Below are positions 12,796-26,783 of a stretch of DNA of 64,000 nucleotides, one piece after another. The notes beneath the pieces are model-generated. The model had not been told where the DNA came from. It did not search any database and saw only the letters and a list, made by a program, of their open reading frames with translations. Source of the stretch: Camelus dromedarius. Lineage: Eukaryota. The DNA lies in assembly GCF_036321535.1 (NCBI RefSeq), contig NC_087436.1, positions 56,174,001-56,238,000 of the forward strand, read 5' to 3'. Both the position numbers and the translations under genes were made by a program. How positions within the stretch are numbered: the stretch's first letter is position 1; the number at the start of each line of letters is the position of its first letter.

Positions 12796-13879
12796 TTACT
12801 ATTCAATATTTCCAAGCTAAATAGTGATAAATATGATAAAAGTGAAAATATTTAAATATCTTTATTTTCTTTCATAAATACCTCTACATACCAAAATAGA
12901 TAACATGTTTTCAAAATTCAATTGTAATTAATTCATATCTGTATCCAAATGTTGGACTGAGGAGGGGCAAGCAGTGACCAGCATCTGAAGGAGATCTGCA
13001 CTCAATGTCTCTGACAATAAAGAGCTCTTAGGTGATGGTACATAAAGAAATAGAACAGACTGTAAGAGGACCAAGAAGAGGCATCTTTTAAAAAAGCATG
13101 TGAAACACATACTTACCTACCAAAAATGGTCTTAGAAAATCAGGTGGCAGCTCTACTTAAGTGTTTGTCAGTTTGTGGATCAATATGCTCACTATGCAAG
13201 ATGATGAGTGTAGAAATAACTGGTATCCAACTGTACAGTCACTTCCTTCAGGGAATTGTCCCACCTCTTGGTCTAATTACTCAGTAATAACTCCACCAGA
13301 TGTCGTCGAAATCTCGAGGGAATTGAGTTTTATTTGTTTCAGCTCATTTATTTGTAAAGACTTCAAACACACACATTTTAATAGAAAGAGGAAAAAGAAA
13401 TCACAAAACTAAAATGAGAGTTATAAACATACTTAGGCTTATCTTTACTAAATGAAAATGCTTATAGAGGCAGATTATAAATAAAAACAAAACCGCTCTG
13501 ATACTGAGTACCTCTAGCAGCATCATGCTATATTGGTAATATAGATGTGTGTGTGTATTTTTATTTTCTTTTTAAAAAGATATTTCCTTTTTATAAAGCA
13601 TTATATTTTTATTATATCCACACAATATTAATTAATATTGCATACGCCAATGTTTAAAAATACTTCCTAAAGCAACTATAAATGAAAATATATGGCATAT
13701 TTTCATTAAAATTTAGGATGGGATAGATGAGAGCTAAGGAAAGATGTGACAGCCCTAAAACTTACACAGTTCTAAGATTCATAGATGGTGTAGAATGCAG
13801 TGTACCTTTTGTTGTCTTTTGTTTTCATCCAAAATTATGTGAGAAAGCTAGCAGCCAGGTGAATGCATTACCTTTAAAT

Positions 13880-15480
13880 TTAGGAAAAAGATGGAGATGC
13901 CCACTACTAGCATTATTTGGTATTGCACTTAACATACTAGTCAATGCAATTAGATAAGACAAACAACTGAAAAACATAAAAATTATAAAGTAAGTGGGAA
14001 ATGATCATTTGGACAAATATTATAATTTTGTAGATCTGGAGAACTTACATAGTTTCAAAGGAAAAAATTGAAAAAAAATCAAGACAATATAGCAAAGTGG
14101 CTGATAAAAGATATACATAACGCATCAACTTTTCTAAGTACAGCAGATAGGCAATTCAAATTATAATGGAATAAAGTATGTCATTTACATTGATATTAAA
14201 TGTGAATATACATTTATAATAACAATGTAAATGAAAAATGTAGATACAAAGCTAATAAGAAATTTGCAGAATTTTAGAAAAAATTTTTAAATCTACTGAG
14301 AGGTTAAAAAAATATGACTTGAATAAGTGGAAAGACATACTTTGTTCTTGGATAGAAAGACAATGTTTTTTAATGTTTGCTATTTATAAATGAATTCATA
14401 AAGGCACCAACATTGTATGAAAAATAATTTGTGAAAATAGCTGGAAGAATTCTGAAATAGTAGTGTAATAAGGGAATCTTAGCTCTTTATAAATATAACA
14501 CTAAAGAAATTTTAAAAATTTAATCTTAGCAGAGCCTGACACACAGATTAATGAGCTAAAATAGGAACCAGGGAATAAGCATCTAAGGCATGTTTAAATG
14601 TGGTGAAGGTAGCTTTTCAACCCACAAGGTATGCAGTTGGAAAAGTAAAAAAATAAATAAAGCTTGGATTCTAGCTCATTCTTTAGAATGAAATAAATTC
14701 TCGATGTTAGGGCCTAACATCATCATCATCATCATCATCATTGTCATCATCACCATCATCACTAGGAGATAATTTTGGCAATTTATTGGTTGGTTGGTTT
14801 CAGTGGTGATCAAAACCCTTTTAATGAAGACAAAACCCAGAAGCCTTATAAGAAAGCATTATTAAATTTAAATATCCAAAGCAAGAAAACCACAAAAATC
14901 ACGGGACAGACATATATTGATCAAAAGGCTGATTTAGTTAATATATAACTAGCTCTTAAAATATATTTAAGAAAAAGATCAGCAACCCACTAAAAAATCA
15001 AGCAAGTCATGCACATGGAGATGTAGGAAAAGAAACGTAAATGGTAAATACGCATTTTAGAAAATGTCAAGATCAAAACAGCATTAGTATGCCATGTTGA
15101 TGAAGGGGTTGGGTAGGGTGTATCCCATACTTTGTTGATGAGGTTGCAAATTGGTACAATCTCTTTTGAAGACCAATTTGAAAATACTTATCAATATTTA
15201 AATGTATATACTCCTTCACTCCGTAACTGCAAGTTTAGGAACTATGTAAATATAAAATTCTCAATGAGCACAAAGACCTGCAGACAACGTTGTCCACTGC
15301 ATCCTTGTTGCAATTACTGTATCGAGGGCTGTTCATCTCTAGGATAGAATACTTAGCTGCTTTTTAAAACAATGAGGTTTTTCCACATGTGAAGCTGTAG
15401 AAAAATCTCTCTGATAAAATTTGAAGCAAAAACCAAAGTACAGAACATTGCATGCAATATATCCTTATTAAGTAAGAAAG
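13880..15480 (+). mobile_element. Old, highly degenerate L1M fragment (ORF2 3' half and 3' region)
   Basis: A-rich, with motifs CTAGTCAATGCAATTAGA, GACTTGAATAAGTGGAAAGACATACTTTGTTCTTGGATAGAAAGAC and AAATTGGTACAATCTCTTTTGAA. Confidence 0.65.
14718..14761. repeat. Imperfect (CAT)n microsatellite
   Basis: CATCATCAT... with two interruptions. Confidence 0.9.
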
Positions 15481-16834
15481 AGGATGCGCATATATTTGTC
15501 TGTGCACTGGGATTTTCTGGAGAAATAAACAAGCAGTTGACAGCTCAGAACCTGGGGTGGTAGGAGACTTCTTTTATCGTTTGATTTTTGTTCAGTCCTG
15601 TGAACGTGTTATTTTCGTGATAGATAATGAAACCTGAATTTTAAAAGCCCAAACTAGTTTATTGCATCTCTTTGCCTATTATCATAAATCTCCAATCTGT
15701 ACAACTGCTGGGGACAGCGAGGGGATTTGTAGGACTCTTGTATTAGAGTTCTTTGATTTCCTGTGAGATCAGGTAATTGTGAATGGAATTGAAATTGCAC
15801 GCTTGGTTTTGGGGTTTTTTCCTCTGAAGTTAGATTCACCCAAAACTTTGGTCACTTCTCCATTTAATATAATCTGAGTATAGTTTTGTTGTGGGCCTTA
15901 GTGGTTCTTAATATCAAGAAATGTTCAAATACATTAAGTCTTGAAATATATTACAAATCAGAGAGATTTTCTTGGCATTTAAAATATCAAATTGGTTATT
16001 AGATGGTAGGACGGGGAGAAGTCACTGCAAACAAGTTTGTTTTTATAGATACTTCTACCTCAGAGTAATCATATCTGGAAGTGTGTTTAGTGGCAATCAG
16101 ATACATTGCCTTGCAACTAAGAAAAATCAACTGCATTCAGTAAAATCTCCATGAGAGATCTTTTCATTGAAAAACTACAATAAAACAACAACAAAAAAAG
16201 AACAAAAGTTTCTCTCCAACTCATAAAATTCTACCTTTGAAAGTATGAAGGTATTCAGTGTGCTCTCTTTGCTCTGAAATATTAAGTAAGTGATTATTTA
16301 TACTCACTGAGCAAAGCTATGCTATTGATCATAAAGTGTATTGATTAAAGATCATTCATTACTGTTATTGTTTGCTTTTCCATTATTTAAACCACAGGTG
16401 CATTTCTGGCAAATACGTAATATAGGAAACAGAAAAGCAGAAAGCAGCGTATATTAGTTGGTTTAGAAATGTTCATTGTTCGAAAGCTCTTGATTTGATA
16501 ATATAGTAACAAATACCTATGTTTCTCCAAAAGTCCATAGAAATCTTGAAGTGCTCAAAATTTTATGGTTACATTTTTAAGAAAAACTCAGACTTGACTG
16601 CTTGCTTTCTATTTACTTAAAGTCGTTTCCACCCTTGTTTCCATGGTACCTAAGATTCACCATTGAAAAGTAAATATTCTGCTCTATCAAAAAGCAAGGG
16701 AGTTTAGAAAACCTTGGTTGTTTTGAAGTTCTAGAAATCCCTAGGTTTTCCCTTATCATCTTTCATTATTCTCACATCAGCAGAATATTATCAATAGGAC
16801 GAACACAACAATAAAAAGAGTTCCAAGCTTTATA

Positions 16835-17020
16835 TTGAATGCCATTTAGTCATCACAGCAATCTTAGGAGATAATTTTGGGATTCTCCTTTTTCAGATGA
16901 AAACACTGAGGCTCAGCAGAATAAAGAAACTAATCTGCCCCAGTTACATAGCTAGGAGTTGATAGAGCGAGGATATGAACCCAGGACTCTGATTCCAAAG
17001 CCTCTGCCCTTGGCCCTGTA
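16835..17020 (-). mobile_element. MIR SINE
   Basis: TTTTCAGATGAAAACACTGAGGCTCAG...CAGTTACATAGCTAGG...TGAACCCAGGACTCTGATTCCAAAGCC. Confidence 0.8.
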
Positions 17021-19770
17021 GCCAGTGTTTCCCTAAATTCTGCCGTAACTGTTGAATGCAGAACTAAGTTAGACTAGAAAAGAGCTATGTGATACAATCA
17101 TCCCTTTTCTCAGGAAAGAAAATCTGCTCAGTATTTATCTTTCATGCTTTCATCTGCTTTCCTTGCCTTGTGTCAGGTTTTTCATATGTGACCCTTCGTG
17201 ATTCTTTAATGTAATAATTAAGATAGTGCTTAGAATTTGATTATTTATATTCATGAAGATATTTAACATTTGGCAAAATAGCAAGAGGTGAGCCTTATGC
17301 ATTCCTCAAGTCACCTACTCACAAAATAGTCCAAATAAAAACATCATCAATATGTATCACTAAATTTCAGTTACCCAAATTTCGTAGATGAATGGCTACA
17401 ATCCCACAAAACAAACTTTTATTCATCATCTCCCATGCTTAATGCTTATAAACTTTACAAAAGACACAGCTTTGCAAAACATAGGCCATACCATATCATT
17501 CCAACCTAATTGAAGAGACAGAGATTATATAGATATGAATATAACTTTCATAAATAACATATGATACTGAATCACAAGAAATTGCCATTCTGTACCTCAA
17601 AAAGAATTGAATATTGATAATTTCATATAGTTTAACATAATACACATAGACATTTCCATTTGTGAGTATAATGAAAATGGAAGCACAAGTAAGTGTAATG
17701 TGGACATGTTTATGTTATGACTTGGGGTTTTATAAAAAGATTCATCCATGATATTGCATTTAGATACTTCTTTCAGAAGGAGTAGGATTTTAACAGAGCT
17801 GGCTTTGGGGAAAGGTGATAATAAAGGAACATTACTTCATACAACACATTTATAGGGCACCCACTAAGTACCCAATACCAAGTTAAGCACAAAACTAGAA
17901 TAGTGAAAAAGACAGACATGATTTCTGAATTCACAGAGGTGACTCTTCAACTCATAACGTTTACACTTAAGTGGACAAACGATGACAATAAAAACTTCAA
18001 GACAATGATATATTAGAAACAAAAGGAATCCAAATATGTAGCCTAAAATTTTTCAAGTATTCACTTCTGTTTTTAAGTTAAATAAATGAAAATACTCTTT
18101 ACTCAATGAATTATTGGTATGCTCCTCATTAAATTAAATTAACGTGAGTGTAATCAATTTTCTATTATCATGACTTACTGGTCCTCCTTGTATCACATGG
18201 AACCTTAGGAAGTAGGTCTGATCACCTCCTGACCTATTACTAATTTTAGATATTTTTTACACCAGGACATGATTTAGAAAATGCTGCTCATACATTTTCA
18301 AAGGGATATTAGGTGAGAGAGCCCAAATCACTCAGCTAGCCAAGACAATTTACTTAAATTTGGATCCAATTATAGTTTCTCTTCTACAAGAGTAGTTATG
18401 TTACACATGAAATATACACATCAGACCAATTGTTATTCTCCATGTAAAATAATTACTTTAAAATCAATTCTGATTAATAGAGTGAATATGTTCAAAAGGA
18501 AGTTAGGAGAGCTTTGTTTAAATTTTAGTAAATGATGCATAAAATTTGGAAGCTCTGTTTGAACTTCATTCCGTTTTTTATTTAAAGTCAATGAGAATTT
18601 TGCCTTTGCAAGAATAGAGTCTTATATTTGTAATATATTTGTCTGATAAGTAAAATAAATGATTCTGGAATATAAATCAATTATTTATCTGATTTCCTTC
18701 TCAGAGGTCCTTCTTTCAATACTAGAAACTAACGATTTTTCTTTTCAGTATGAGTCTGACCCCAAAATAAAAATAGAAAATTGGCAAGGATCCATGTAGT
18801 ACATTAAAGCTTTTCCACTGAGTCAATCTGATAACTTGGCAAGAAAGTAGTTACCAGTTACTGATAACAGAATATCAATTATCCCAAAATATATACTTTT
18901 CCTTTTTCTTCATTCGTGCTCACAATTGATTTATCCTAACTTCACATTGACTTTAAGCATTTAAACACCTGGGTTAACACGGCCACCGTAATCCCAGCTG
19001 CAGTTACAAAAATGTAGTTGGATCAGAGTCCCAGAATTTGGATTTTAGTTGTTGCTTTCATTCCATTCTAGCGTGCAGATAGTCTTGGCTAGCTCAGTGA
19101 TTTGGGCTCTCTCACTGTGTATAAACTTGATTTTTGTTTCCATTGTTTTCCTAACTTAAAAACAAAAGTGAATACTTGAAAAATTTTAGGCTACACATTT
19201 GGAATCCTTTTGTTTCTAATATATCGTTGTCTTGAAGTTTTTATTGTCATCATTTGTTTTTGTAATTCCAATATTTGCAAATACCAATGCTATGGACTCT
19301 GCACATACTCTGAAACACCCCGACTACACCATATTTGCAAAACTGTGTGATTTTAATTTAGTTATATCCCATGGGGAAGATTTTTAATGTTTGAATTACA
19401 CACTGATAGAAAAATGTAATACCTGTATTTTTTTTAAACAGATACAGCCCAGAACATGATTGCAAAGTAGAGCCAAGAAAATATTACACCTTTCAATGCA
19501 GTTTTAGCTAGCTGTGTTTCATTAGAGGAAAACAGAAATTTTCTAAAATTATATACTATGAGAGTTTTCAATGTAATGAACACAAAGGAATTTTCCCCTG
19601 CCAATTAACACTTAGGGCAAGGTTACTTGTAATGCATTACTCCTTTTTCTTCCTACAGCTAAGATGAAAGCATTGATTAGTACAGTGTAGTCAAGAATAT
19701 GCATATAAGTAGATATGTAAGTACATACATATGCAATGTGTGTGGGTGTGTTTATGTGTGTCTTCCCAGA

Positions 19771-19921
19771 TTTTTTTTGGAGGGGGGAGGTAATTAGGTT
19801 TTACCTATTTATCTTATTTTTAGAGGAGGTACTGGGGATTAAACCCAGGACCTAGTGCATGATAAGCATGTGCTCCACCACTGGAGCGATACCCTCTCCC
19901 CTGAGTTATACCCTTGCCCCC
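19771..19921 (-). mobile_element. Vic-1-type camelid tRNA-derived SINE with a duplicated 5' head
   Basis: Reverse complement GGGGAGAGGGTATCGCTCCAGTGGTGGAGCACATGCTTATCATGCACTAGGTCCTGGGTTTAATCCCCAGTACCTCC...AAACCTAATTACCTCCCCCC-poly(A): A and B boxes plus the recalled Vic-1 tail. Confidence 0.85.
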
Positions 19922-21079
19922 AAATTTTGAGAAGAGAAAATCAAATACTACCCACCCCCGGGCTTACACTGAGGCTACAATAAGAAACAAGCATCCAAAG
20001 ACCGTTCTTCATCTAGATGACTTGCTGCCCAAACAGGGCATTTCAGGAGCAAAACCAGTGATTTTGTTGCTATAACAGTTTTGCCGTGTGCCCAGCAACC
20101 GTGCATATGCTGTGGCTTAGAGTTTTAATATGCCCACTTCAGAGTGAGAATAGGACAAATGTTAAAAGCTGTAATGTATTTTTAATCTAACCTTTGGCTA
20201 AAATGTGTGAGGGCTTTAAGGAGAACCATGAAAATAAAGAACAAGAACATACTAAACAGATTTTCGGAGTGTAATATGAAATGGGTTGATCATCTTGCTT
20301 AAGGAAGTTTAAAAAACCGTGTCAGCTTAGAGAAGGGGGTTATCTTCCTAAAGAGCACGTCTTGCTCTCAAAACTTAAATGTTCTTTTTTTAGTGTCTGT
20401 ACCTGTTGTGGTAAATGTGAATAAACCTGGTGGATCATTATGCAATAATGACCCGGGTTGTTACCCTTCTTTTTCTGTGATGTCATGAATTGTTATCCAT
20501 TCTATTTGAGGCTCTGAATCTATCGCTGAATCTTCCTATCCAGTATTCTCCCAACAACTGGCTCAAAATTCTGGCACTGCTTTCTCACTCCTCACCCTGC
20601 TTGTTTTTAGGGATTTTCAAAAACACAACAGAGAATTTTTAGTTAGAAAATGATAAATCAACAAATAATCTAACGCAAAAACTTGAGGGGAGAGGCCTTG
20701 ACTCAGTCTGGATTCGTTAGTCTTCGCCCCCACGTATCATCTATCGAGAGTCAGCCCTTAGCTAGGGATTCTCAGAGCCCTCTTGAGGATGCCTGTTGAA
20801 ATAACCACTCTTGTCAATTCCTCTGCAATTTGGAGATACAAAACCAGCTTGTATACCGTGAGAGCAACAATTAGCAAAATATCAAGGTCTGGCAAAAAAG
20901 CACAGTGTGTAGGAAGTATAATATCTTGCAATGAAAAGCAGTTCACATTAGGGAAATCTCAGACTCATTCCTAATTTCATTGAGGGTTTAACCTGATTTA
21001 AAAAAAAAAAAAAAAGACTGTTTTGGAAGAAATCTCCAAGAACATGAAAGCAAGAGCAACAAGGAGCTATTAGGGCATT

Positions 21080-21256
21080 TGCTGTCAACCCTGACTGCAT
21101 TTGACAATCCCCAGTGGGGGATTTTTGAAAATACCTATGTCCTGGCCCCACCCCGAGAGAGGAAGATTGAATTGGGAACAGGGCATAGCTTTTTCTTTAT
21201 CTGTTTGTTTTAAACTCACTAGTAATGCTAATGTACAGCCAGGCTTGAAAACCAGA
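21080..21256. mobile_element. MER5-family hAT-Charlie MITE
   Basis: TCAACCCTGACTGCATT...CCTGGCCCCACCCC...TAATGTACAGCCAGGCTTGAAAACCA. Confidence 0.65.
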
Positions 21257-21939
21257 CATGAGGAGACACTGTTGTGAAAATGCAGCACAGAGGAAGTACG
21301 TAGACTTTATATTCAAAAAATATGACCAAGATACTGTACTTAGTGCTATAAGCAGAGATAAAACTAAGACCTGCTGCGTTTAAGGAGATCATAGTCCAGA
21401 GAGGGCAAAATAGAGGAGGGAGAAGAGAGTGAAAAAAAGCAGGCTTTGCCATTTGCTTGGGTTCTCCTTTCATTATGAGAATAAACTTGTGAAACCCCTT
21501 GATAGTTCCATGGTATAGAGTTACACAGTGGAGAGCCCCTTCTTTCTTCAATATCCTTTCTCCTGTCTCTGCCTATTAAACTTCTCAAGCTGAGAGATAG
21601 CAGCCTCCTGAGAGAAGAGGGGGGAGCTCTGGGGCTTGAGTGAATTAAAATTTAGCTGGAAAAACTCAGGGGAATGTTCTGTACAAGGCAATTCCAGGAA
21701 TGGCAGGGAGTGAATGACATGCCCCTTTTTATAGCTACAGCCTTGCTGATCCTAGACAATGATGTCCTCTGCATGAAATGACGTTAGTGTCTAAAAGGCT
21801 ACCTCCCCGCATCCATTCCGTGGGGTATTTGTGAACTAGAAAAACACCGCATGGCAGATAGCCTTTCCTCACCTTTTTGCTCTGTCAGATTCTTGAGTCT
21901 ACTCTTTGAGTGTAGAGACAGAGAAATCCCTTTAGTCAC

Positions 21940-22385
21940 TATGTTAGATTCCTAGGGCTGCCACAATAAATTACTATGAAATTTGTGGCTTAAAAGAACA
22001 GAAATCTATTGTCTTATGGTTCTGGAGGCTAGAAGCCTGAAATCCAGCAGAGCCACACGCCCTCTGGGGGCTCTAGAGGAAAATCCGTTCCTTGGCTCGT
22101 CCAGCTTCTGGTGGCTGCCCGGCATTCCTGGGCTTCTGGCTGCATCACTTCAGTCCCTGCTTCTGTCTTCACATCACTTTCTCTTCTTTGTCAGTCTTCT
22201 CTGTAGGTCTCTTATAAGTTCACTTATCACTGGATTTAGGGCCCAACTGGATTATTCAGGATCTCAAAATCCTTAATTTAATTACATCTTCAAAGACCCT
22301 TTTGCCAAATAAGATAACATTCACCTGTTCTGGGGATTCCTGTGTGGACATGATCTTGTTGGGAGCCACCATTCAGCCCACTACA
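21940..22385 (-). mobile_element. MLT1C-like MaLR solo LTR
   Basis: TATGTTAGATTCCTAGGGCTGCC...GTTCTGGAGGCTAGAAG...CCATTCAGCCCACTACA. Perfect 5-bp TSD GTCAC at 21935-21939 and 22386-22390. Confidence 0.88.
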
Positions 22386-22429
22386 GTCACCAAACATCTG
22401 TCAAGAAAAAGTCACTTAAAGTGACAGTT

Positions 22430-23406
22430 CAAAAGGGCAGTGAACGTTAATAGACACCTCACCAAGGAAATATATAGATGGCAAGTAAGCAAATGAAAAG
22501 ATACTCCATATCAAATGTCATCAGGGAAATGCAAATTGACTCAATGAGATACCATTCCAAACCTATTAGAATGGCCAAAATTCAGAACACTGACACCACC
22601 AGTGCTGGCAAGAATGTGGAACAAGAGGAACTCTCATCTATTGCCAGTGGGAAAGCAAAATGGTACAGCCACGTGGAAGGCAGTTTAGCACTTTTTCACA
22701 AAACAGAACATACTCTTACCATACGATATAGCCATTGCACTGCTTGATATTTACCCAAAGGAGATGAAGAATTACATCCACACAAAAACATGGATGTTTA
22801 TAACAACTTTATTCATAATTGCCAACACTTGGAAGCAACCAAGATGTCCTTCAGTAGGTGAATGGATAAATAAACTTTATTCCATCCAGACAACAGAATA
22901 TTATTCAGTGGTGAAAAAAATGAGCTGTCAAGTCATGAAAAAAGATATGGAAGAATCATATTACTAAATGAAAGATGTCAATCTGAAAAGGCTACATACT
23001 CTATGATTTCAACTATATGACATTCAGGAAAAGGCACAACTACAGAGACAGTTATAAAAAATCAGTGGCTGCTGGGGAGGGGAGGGATGAACGGGTAGAG
23101 AACAGAGGGTTTTTAGGGCTGTGAAACCACTCTGTATGAGACTATACTGGTGGATACATATCATTATACATTTATCCAAATCCATAGACTGTACAACACC
23201 AACAGTGAGCCTTCATGTGCACTGTGGACTTTGGTTGGTGATGTGTCAATGTAGGCTCATCAATTGTAAAAAATGTACTACTCTGGTTGGGGATAGCGAT
23301 AATAGGGGAGGCTATGGGTGTATGGGAGCAGGAAGTATATGGGAAATTTCTGTTCCTTTCAATTTTGCTGGGAACCTAAAACTGCTCTAAATAATAATCT
23401 ATTAAA
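22430..23406 (+). mobile_element. L1MC/L1MB-type 3' fragment (ORF2 C-terminus and 3' UTR)
   Basis: Track ORFs 22478-22967 resemble the ORF2 C-terminus (IREMQI..MRYH, WKQPRCPSVGEWINKL); ends AACCTAAAACTGCTCTAAATAATAATCTATT. Confidence 0.9.
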
Positions 23407-23490
23407 TACCATGACCCCAAAAAAGGCCATGGTGGTGGAAGCATGAATAGGGATGGTGGGGCTGAAAGGGAAGGCATTTACCTGACTATT

Positions 23491-23530
23491 TTCCCTCATT
23501 TAGTCAGTATTTCCCTCAATTAGTCAGTAT
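23491..23530. repeat. 20-bp tandem duplication
   Basis: TTCCCTCATTTAGTCAGTAT / TTCCCTCAATTAGTCAGTAT, one mismatch. Confidence 0.85.
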
Positions 23531-23854
23531 AACTACAAATGTAACAGGCAACAACAGCATTCCCTGGTGTTCTTTACTGGCCCTCTGAAGCCTCTCCGAA
23601 TCTGTTGTGTTGTACCATGGGCCAGATGCAGGGAAGAGCTGCACAGCCAGGCTCCCACGTATCGCTCACTTTTCTCCGACACGGCATCCTTGCCAGCCTC
23701 TGCACTCCAACAGTTTCCTGTCTCATGGAGACCTGAGAATTCTCGCAGCCACATTTCTCATGAAAATTCTTTCCCCATGTGGTTGCCAAAACCAAATCAA
23801 AATAGCCAGTACAACCAAAAGAGCCTCACTTGATAATTTCCTCTACACACATAG

Positions 23855-23888
23855 ACACGCGCGCGCGCACACACACACACACACACAC
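23855..23888. repeat. Compound (CG)n(CA)n microsatellite
   Basis: ACACGCGCGCGCGCACACAC...: 34 bp of purine/pyrimidine alternation. Confidence 0.93.
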
Positions 23889-26394
23889 TTTTGCTTGGCC
23901 TGGCAACACAATGGGAATGTAAACACGTTGTTAATGCAGTCACTCTCAGTTGGCTTCCCAGATGGCTTAAGTTCAATAGATTTTTCCCCCTGATTTCCTC
24001 AGCTTCTCCTAGCAAGTGCTAAACAGCCATTATGCCTTTTCCTGCACATTGAGATTCATCTGCAGCTACTAAACTGCCTCCAAAGTGCTTCAATTTTGCA
24101 TGAGTGCTAAGCTGGGGACTGGGAGACATTACCCAGTGCTGAAGGCCCAGATCATTAGAAAGAGCATGTAAATCCTCTGAACCAGAAATAAAAAGTGCAG
24201 AGATTTCCTTTGTGGAGTCCCAACTGCAGCTTTATGTAAAACATGAACCTTTGGCAAGATTTTATATGCTTCTTTTTACCTTCTCAATTTTATGTTTGCT
24301 TTTTTTTTTTTTTTTGAACTTTGGCATATGTGTTCTAATTTTTTAAGCAGAGATTTCTTTCTTAGTCGGGAACACATGAACTAATAGTCATGCACTGTCA
24401 TCATTTCTCTTCTTGGGACACCAGATCCTTTTTCACTTTTAACAGGGATGGAACTTCAAAGTATTGCTAAGGGATCACCCACATGATAGATTTTTAAAAC
24501 AAACTTGAAACCAGCTTTGGGGGGATGGGTTGAGATTTATGAGGTATGTGCAGGGGACACAAATCTATATTATTTTAGTAAGTGTAGATGTAGGGAGTGT
24601 ATAAATATTGGGTTATAGAGAAAGTTTGGGGCAGAATCAAAAGGGGCTTATGAAAATTATTGATGAGAAAGAAGTGATTATATTCTTCTCGTTTTTCAAT
24701 ACATACATCCCTGTACCTTAATACCTAGAAGTTTTATTTGTGTTTTTCAAGGTGAACATATTTTATTTGTACTTGATCTATATTTCCATCTCCGTTGTCT
24801 TCCCAGCCTGCTTGTCAGACTGCCTTGGTGCAAATTAGAAGCGTGCATGTGGCCAGCTGGAGCAGGCCCATGAGAGTGGGGACAGTAGGGTTGGTATTCT
24901 GAGTGTCCTGCAGTTCTGCACACTGTGGTGCTGGACCGGTGCCCTAGGCCCGTGGAATTGTGACAAAAAGCACTTTCGATGGAAAGGGTGACTCATCCTC
25001 ATTCGGTATTTCTCTTGCAGTAGAATTTTGTGAATAATTGTGAGAACATTTTACTTTTTTGTCTCTAGTATATCTATTAAGGAATAATAAACCAGGCTCT
25101 TTTTACATGATTGCTCTGTAATTATTTATCTTTTTCCATATATGTATGTAATAGCTCAGACTATCTTTCTTTTAAGATTCTGAGAGTAAAAATATGCATT
25201 TATGGTCAGATATAGCTGTTCACTATTTATCTTTAAACATATTTCCAAGGACATTTATTAACCACTGATTTACTCAACATTGCCTATGCAAGTGGAATCT
25301 GACAAAAATGTGACTAAATGGGCTTATCATAGGGTATGAAGTAAATGCATTCCAACTTGTAGGTAAGAAGAAAATGCTAGATGAATGATACGCATATAAA
25401 TATATATAGTGGTGCCAAGTGTGTACGTATACTGTCTATATAACATACCAACTTTATGCTGAAACTGCTTTGTTTGTCAGCATGTTGTATGTATCCTTCA
25501 GACTGAGTAGTCCTGTCCATTAATTTCCTTTTACTAAAAACATGGCTAATCGTGAAAATATCATCATGTTTATTAGCGTATCTTCACAAAATATTATTTA
25601 CTGTGATTCCACACCTCATGACACTGAACTGTACATATTAAATAGCTAGCTTTCCTGTTCTCCCATGGAGATTGTTTATCCACTAGGGTATGTATCCTTT
25701 GAAGGGAATACATTTATAAAAGAAAGGGAAAAGAACAAAAGTTTGCCTGGAGATATGAACAGACACATGATTGAAGCTGTTTGTTCCGTTGGCAGTATTA
25801 TATGGTTACATAAATACCTCAGGGAATTGGAGCTCGGGGTAGGAAACAATCATTTTTCCTTCTTTCTTTTTGTTTGTGATGCTAGTGCAGAATGGACATG
25901 AAGACATTACAAGTTACACACAACATTCAGAATCAAGCACCACTCTTTTGCTATTTCAAGTTTTAGTTTTTCTATCTCTTGGGAAAACATCAAAATGAGA
26001 TGTTTGACTGTGAAGAAAATTATAATAGTAATTAAACATTATGACCTAGATTTTCACATCAGTTTGTTCAACATTTATGTTAGGAGTAGTATTTTGAAAA
26101 ATATTGCAAGCCCATCATTTGAAAATATTTTTGTTCCATAATAAGCAAATTATACTGTCTTATAGCATTTTGAGTGTGATATTAAAATCACACATTCAGA
26201 CATTTGAAAACTCAAAATTACTAGAAATTCTTTGTGTCTCTAACAAGATGTTGCCATTTTTTAAAAAATTAATAATTTGGAGCTAAGCACTGAATCATGG
26301 TAAAAAAAATAACAAAATATTGTGAGATTTTCTTCACTCATTTAGCATTGGCTAAATAGTCATTTATGAAAACCCATTGTGTGCCAAGTATATT

Positions 26395-26783
26395 ATAGTC
26401 TATCATTTAAGTCTGTATTATGCTAAGCTACAGTAACAATTAGACCCTTCCAAGGATAGAATGGCTCAAACATGATAGGATGTTTTACATAACAATCCCA
26501 GAAACATGCCTGATCTCTTTGGTCAGGCATGTACCCAGACTCCTTCCATCTTGTGGCTCTGCCATTCTTCTCTCAAGCTTCTTTTCTCTTCTGCATCCAG
26601 CCAGCAGAAAGGGAAAGACAGCAAAGAGGACAACCACCAGCTTCTTCAACAGCTTGGCAAAAAAATGTACATGTTCCTTCCACTCACATTATATTGACTA
26701 GAACTTCTAAAAGAAAGGAAGCTGGAAAATGTGGTCCAGTTGCATTCCTGAAAAGATGTAAGGAGCTGTCAGTCTTTGCCACA
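26395..26783 (-). mobile_element. Old MLT1-type MaLR LTR
   Basis: GCTAAGCTACAGTAACAA...GGCTCAAACA...GGAAGCTGGAAAATGTGGTC...TCTTTGCCACA. Confidence 0.6.

Noticed and set aside
19825..19901. tRNA-like sequence with A and B boxes
   Set aside because: It is the head of a Vic-1-type SINE with a tail and poly(A), and it is mutated; not a tRNA gene.
23482..23530. Repeat-spacer or CRISPR-like pattern from the 20-bp duplication
   Set aside because: Only two adjacent copies with no spacers, in a mammalian intron; a simple slippage duplication.
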